DNA of 43,632 bases, taken from Catajapyx aquilonaris. Its lineage: Eukaryota. The position numbers and the translations under genes were made by a program. Below the pieces are notes generated by a model, which was not told the origin of the DNA, made no database searches, and saw only the letters and a program-made list of their open reading frames with translations. Each line of letters opens with the position of its first letter. Within the stretch, counting starts at the first letter, position 1. The stretch spans positions 124,001-167,632 of the forward strand of contig JYFJ02000541.1 of the NCBI GenBank assembly GCA_000934665.2, written 5' to 3'. This document shows, one piece after another, positions 37,585 to 43,632 of this stretch.

Positions 37585-37947
37585 CTTTCGGCTTAACGTC
37601 AAAATATTTATTGCAACATGCGGCGCCCCTAGGCAACCTCTCTACGCTGCCTTATGGTGAATCCGGTGCTGCTTTGAGTCCTGTAATGATTTATTATTAA
37701 TTCTTCGTTGATTTATTTGTGTATGCCTAAATTTGCCGCCCCTTGAAATCAGCCGCCCTTGGTAACTGTCTTGGTTGAAATGCCATAAATGCACGTGGGA
37801 AAAGTCCTGATGTGGGGGAGAAATCGCATCTACATTAGAAAATACAAAACAAAATTATTATGGAGAATCTGTAAACACAAAGATGGCGTATAACTCAGGG
37901 AAGCAATGATGGGGAGATGTGGCCTCTCAACATTGTGCCAAGGAATA

Positions 37948-38146
37948 CAGGGTGTTCCAAGTTCATGGGGCCTCTTAGTTGTAGGAAATTTCGATTGAAG
38001 CTGTTATTGTTTTGTAGCTTGTTGTGCCCTTAACCAGATCTGCAACATGGGGCAACTGGATCAGGGAACAACAAGCTACCCAAAAAGAACTACTTTGGGC
38101 GATATCAGTGATAACTAAAAATGACTCACGAACTTGGAACACCCTG
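37948..38146. mobile_element. Tc1/mariner-type MITE (199 bp, TA TSD)
   Basis: TA|CAGGGTGTTCCAAGTTC ... GAACTTGGAACACCCTG|TA (perfect 17-bp TIR); internal IR GTAGCTTGTTGT..CCCT / AGGG..ACAACAAGCTAC. Confidence 0.9.
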
Positions 38147-39133
38147 TATATCGAATTATAATGATGTCAATCATGCAATATCCCTCTTATGGTGATCCAA
38201 ACAGGGGCACGCGGCCCGGGCGGCAACAAGGTCGGGGCGGCATGTCTTGTCCCTAGAAATGTACTTGTCACATAAATAAATAAACCAAGTTTTGCTCAAC
38301 CACTGAAAGCAAAACTTGGAAAGAAATTTGACCCAACAGGCAACTGGCCTTTTTGGCTTTTTTGGTATAGTTTTAGAACTTTTTGAAGCAATTTCTGGAC
38401 ATTTTGGGCCTATTCTGGACCTATTCCTTCAGAGGCATTTTTTGCGGAGTATTTGTTGTACTTGTTCTCCTGAAGGACCAAAATCGTTCAGGTTTCACTA
38501 ATGCAAATCTAGAATTTTTTATAGTGACATAGGCTACTGTGCAAGTGGAAATGTGCTATAAGAGGTAGAGTCCAGAGCTGCAGTCCAGAGCAAGTCATAC
38601 TTGCTGGTACTTCGTGTCTTTTACCCACGTTTTGTGATTTTCTGTCAGTTTATCTTTGTTATTTGGTTTTTGCTCTGGTTTGTGACCATCCATTATTTTA
38701 TACCTTAGGCCTAAAAAAATTTTGTCTAGCTTTTTGATTTTCTGTAACATTATCTTTCATACTCTTGCAAAAGTAAAATTTTTGTGCGTATTTGAGGTTT
38801 TTTGCTTTTATTTAAGGGTTTATTTGTGCCTTTCTTGCTTACAAATGCGGCCTTTACTGATTAAATCATTAGAACAACCTTTCTCGCTGTTACTGTGCTC
38901 CATGAAGCATCCACGAAAAGATTGGAAAAAACCATAAATGTGACAAGAAAAGTCAAAATCTAGACAGCTTCCAAATAGCGAAATAATTTAGAGAAATTCT
39001 AAATTCCGACATACCTGGAGATATCTTAGATTAGTTTTACGTTCCTCCACTAGTTTTCTTGATAATTTCAGCTGTTATTTTCTTGAAGATCGTTACGAAG
39101 AAAAATTTTAAAAAACTTTTGGGTTGTAAGCCC

Positions 39134-39135
<2 letters not shown>

Positions 39136-39171
<36 letters not shown>

Positions 39172-39439
39172 AATAATAATGGATACCCCATGATAAGCCT
39201 CCTTGGGCTTTTTAGGGGATCATCTTTTTAATTAACCAACTTTAATCATTACTTTTGCTGTGATGGATTTTGATAGTAGGAGGAAACGGGAGAACCCCGA
39301 GAAAACCCACGTGAATATGGAGAGAACGCATCAAAACTCTATCCACATTAGTATCATCTGTCCGATTCGGGGATTGAACTCGGAACCTTAGAGGTGGAAG
39401 GCTGCGGCGCTAACCACTCATCCACTGTGTCGACCTCTG
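39136..39439 (-). mobile_element. tRNA-derived SINE with V-domain-like core and (ATT)n(ATC)n tail
   Basis: Minus strand: A box TGGATGAGTGG, B box GAGTTCAATCCC, core GTTCTCTCCATATTCACGTGGGTTTTCTCGGGGTTCTCCCGTTTCCTCC; probable TSD GTAA(G/A)CCCAT at 39126-39135 and 39440-39449. Confidence 0.85.
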
Positions 39440-41125
39440 GTAAACCCATACTCTGCTGTGTCGGAAAAGTAATGACATCGCAGTAGTGTTGAGCTCGTAA
39501 TCATTTGAATCATTTGACATAAGATTATGCCATAAAAGGGAATTTTGCAACTAGAACTCACTCTCAGAATTTTGGTGTCAGCTAAAAGACGCATATTAAA
39601 ATTTTCATTAAATAAAGCAAAAGTCATAATTTTGCTCTTTGCAACATCTTATGTTAATCAAGGTTCTCTGCATATCTATATAATTTGCCTCTACACACTG
39701 ATACTTATTACAGCCCATTCACTCACAACATTTACAACAAAATTAATACACTGATACTGTTTGTTGTACTGTAATATTATGGTGCCTGGTAGTTTTTTTA
39801 AATTGCCTGAAGTACTGAACATCCATGCCCCCCCTTCCGAAATTTCGTAGATCCGGCACTGATTCTTCTGACATTTCCTCTACATCCTCACATAGTCAAA
39901 TACTATTCATGCAAGAAATATTCCTGTGGTGTAATGGGTTTTTCCTCCTTCATGTCATGGTCCTTCATGGTTAATTACGGTTGTCCACTGTCATTTGTTG
40001 AGATATCCTACGAGCACACTGCCAGTTGAGTAAGGAAACTGGGTGGAAAAGGGTGTAGAGGTATTGTGTACCTTTGATTGTGATAGCAAACTTCTCCTTA
40101 AATGCATAAGTTCACTTCGCATTTCCTCATATACTGTAGATGAGATGTGCTATGAGAGTTGTTACTTTATTTGACTTACATCTAAAGTTGAAAACACGAG
40201 ATCAAATGTTCAGTCTTTCGTTGTATCATGTCATTCAGAGACATGCGATTCAATTAATCTAGCCAGGTCCTACAAAATTTTGACAGAGAATTCTCATCAC
40301 AACTTCTCAAACAGTAGCACTATAACTGTTTGCACCACAGTTTATGCACTTACACATGCCGCACTAATTTAACCTGACTTTGTATTTTAAGAGCAGGTGT
40401 ATGCATGATTACATGCGCAATTAACCCCTAGGAACAGGTGCTATTTACTCTACCTCTGGTGTGATGGGGGAAAATGAATGGGTGTTTTAGTAATTTGTTA
40501 CACTGAATTGCTAATGGTTCATTTCCTAGCTTGTGCAGGCACAAGATTCATGGTGCTGTAATGAATTGATCCTGTCTTAGGTTAATTAATCAACTGATTA
40601 ATTTGTAGATCGTTGCTCTCTTGTTGTTATGAAAGCATTTGAAATCGATATGATCACATGAAGTGGGATCCCACTACTTGTTTATAAATTAGATCACAAA
40701 CTTAATTGCAAGTAACTGAATATCATCAGTAGTCTAGTGTATAAAGGATGCTTCTAAATGAAACAAAAATGCTGCCAGTTACATTTAGTGACTGTGTGAC
40801 TCACATCGCAGTCAAACTCAAATAATATTACTAGGTTGTATTTTGAATAGCATTTTAAATTTATATCGCTTAAAATTGTACTCTGATGGTGTTCCTTACA
40901 TATACGTATTATCTACCTTTGTAATTTTTAGTTCCTCTCTATGTCATGATACAACATTTTTTTTTGGTATGGAAAGATATGAAACTATTTTATGTTGGCC
41001 ATTGATGATGCATGAAAATGTGCTGATTTTGATTTGTACTGATGTACATTTGTACTGTCCTTTATTCTGTGATATTGCATGTGCTGTAATATATTTGTGA
41101 GTCTCCATTTTGACTTTTGTTCAAG

Positions 41126-41247
41126 GAGCAGTCAGCGTAGTGCTGGACAGCCTCGACGACATTCACTGCCTTCAGGAAGCTCCCCGAAAGGACCGAGACT
41201 TTCTGCAATCCGTGCTCGAGGACAACCAGCTTCATGCACTGCTCGAT
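41126..41247 (+). CDS. CASK: CASK coding exon 9 (122 nt; start of first L27 domain)
   Basis: cttttgttcaag|GA ... GAT|gtaagt; GAVSVVLDSLDDIHCLQEAPRKDRDFLQSVLEDNQLHALLD; phase 1 matches exon 8. Confidence 0.95.
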
Positions 41248-42953
41248 GTAAGTACCCTTTACCCTTGTTTGCTCACCCTCTTCAGTCCATTTTCAAGCAG
41301 CTATTAATTTAGATGTCGCTCAATGTAAGAGTGGCCGTCCCTTGTCATACTGAAGGACATTACTCTGTGCATGTTTATCAGGGTCATTGACCTTGTCTTG
41401 TGCACACATTAATAGAGTAATTTGTCCCACTTGAGATCTGCCTTGAGGGCGGCTAATTCTAAAGCGCTGCAGTTGAACCCTGAACTTCAGTCACTGCGAC
41501 ACTTGTTGAGGTGAATCACACCAGTCCAGTGCTCTCTGTAATCATCGGGGAGCGTTTTGTCATGTTTCAGAAGTCAATTTGCAAGGTAATTGTATATCAT
41601 TGAAAGCTGATTCATTATACAGTCTTAGGCAGCAAGCCAGAGCAGGTAGGGGGTAACTCCATGCCGGATTATAACCCCCACAGATTCAAGGAAATTATTG
41701 ATGCATAACGTGGAGAAAGGTAGCCTAATTAATGACCTCCCATAATGAGCTGCATAATTTTTTAATTGAGTCAGCCCCCTTCCAACTGAATTTTGCTGAG
41801 CAGTGTAATTTGTATGATTATGAAGTGGGAGATTAACTATTTTGATGATGGTGCAACTTGGAGGGCTTGACCAATTCGCATCACCGCCTTGATTTAATTA
41901 CTTCCCGTGGTGTACAAAATTATGCTTTACGTGCTCTGGCAGCAGGAAGGGAGTAAAAAGCGTAATCACCAAGAGTGACTTAAACTCCAGTTTTGCCTAT
42001 CCCTTTTTATAAAACCGATGTTCATCACCGCCTGATTTTTAGGATTAACAGAATGCCTTTTTTTCCACTTTGATCACTTTCAGCTAACAGCTTGAAAGCC
42101 AGTAGGTTAATAACAGTGTGAAACAAAAGTTGCCCTGAAGGGATGGAATAGGGAAGCAGTCATTATGTACACCATAACGGAATATTTCAATTCCGCTCCA
42201 TTAATTGCATGCATGAGTATGAATTGAGTGCCATCAAGCCGAAGCCTCTTCCGTGTGCTCCGGCATAATCGAACCCCGAGGCTTACCTGCAGGGACACAA
42301 CTTTGGAGGCCAAATTTTGGCACTGTAATCTGCATGTGTTTTATGAGATTTGATGTTGAATTAAGATTTTGGTCGTGCTATAGCATATGTTATTTATTTG
42401 TTTGTTTGTCTGTGTGTTACTTATGTAAAGGCGCCCTCTCACGGTGCCGTCGTTTAACTTGTCTTGGCGCGAAATTGATTCCAAATGTTTCACTCCCGAC
42501 TGGCTTACCTGACAGAAATTATATTTGGCGCCATCCCTAAGTGACTCGACTCCATTACAGCCGTGATTTACACCTGCATTAGAATTTTCTTGGTCAAACT
42601 ATAGCCTGAATATTCAAGGTGGAACGGTTTTCTTTGTATGCTCCGGAAGGGAAAGTCTGAAATATGAGCTTTGTGGGAATGGGTGTTTTCTCACTCTCTG
42701 ATTGATGAGACAAGCTGTTGAGATAGGTAATGGTGATATTTCGAGCTAGTAACTAGACGAATAGCGGCGAAGTCCCCCACTCCTCAAGTTCCCCAACCAT
42801 TCTTTCTTATATTCCCGGCTGCTCTCCAAAAGGCGACGAGAAACGGGGGCCCTCCTTCGGTTTTTATGCTCCGCCAACAGAGATGGAACTTAAATTCGTC
42901 GTTTGCTCTGGTCCGGAAGCCGTCTTCGAAAACTTTGGGAAGTTCCAACTTCT

Positions 42954-43137
<184 letters not shown>

Positions 43138-43632
43138 NCCCCCCCCCCAAAAAAAAAAAAAGTTTCTGCCAAATTCTTGAAACGGACCGCACACTTTCTC
43201 GGTATAAATCCCCCAGCTGCTTCGATATTTCGCCGAATTTCACAATATTACTTTTCAGATATACGGAGAAGGTCTGTGCACACGTGATTTTTATTCAAAT
43301 AGTGATCGATATTTTGTAGTTCTGCTGGAATAACTGGGTTAACTTCACAATGTAAATATTCAAGTGTCAATATTGGCAAATATTTTAATTTAAACTGAAT
43401 GACTGCCATTTATTTACCGATACATTTCGTGGAGTGTACTATCACGGTCAAAAAGATTGTCGGACTGTTATGGAATCGTCCGCGACTTTTTCTCCCGCCA
43501 ATCAGTGTGCCAGGTGCAGGTGATTTGGGCGAGTGCCGTCGACAGCTTTCCTCCCGCGACCTGATGACACGTGCTCGAATTTTCATCGGTGGGGGGGAGG
43601 GGGGGGGTGCTGATTAGGCGAGGAAGGGGCGA

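Noticed and set aside
36590..39860. Scattered GCCGCCCC(T)AGGC, AATCCGGTGCTG and GATCCGGCACTG words resembling hAT-type MITE ends
   Set aside because: Probably real TE debris, but I could not pair termini or find TSDs, so no coordinates are defensible.

Overview
Eukaryotic (animal, most likely arthropod) genomic DNA, not prokaryotic. The only supportable protein-coding content is the 5' part of a CASK (Caki/LIN-2) gene on the + strand. Eight canonical GT-AG exons between 26051 and 41247 splice in frame to give the CaMK-like domain, the calmodulin-binding segment and the start of the first L27 domain. The ATG exon and all downstream MAGUK exons are outside the window, so 1-26050 is probably one very long intron. 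Nearly all listed ORFs are spurious. The rest is intronic DNA full of tRNA-derived SINEs, palindromic MITEs, a rearranged mariner relic, a Helentron/DINE-like element and microsatellites. The best leads are: (i) a candidate 66-nt, frame-preserving cassette exon (30569-30634) that would insert 22 aa into the CASK activation segment, with Rbfox-type UGCAUG motifs upstream; (ii) a CpG-depleted domain (~28.7-42.2 kb) over the exon-dense part, suggesting gene-body methylation; (iii) several long hairpins in the pre-mRNA. I see no evidence for a novel multi-gene system. Exon numbers are provisional and coordinates were read by hand.
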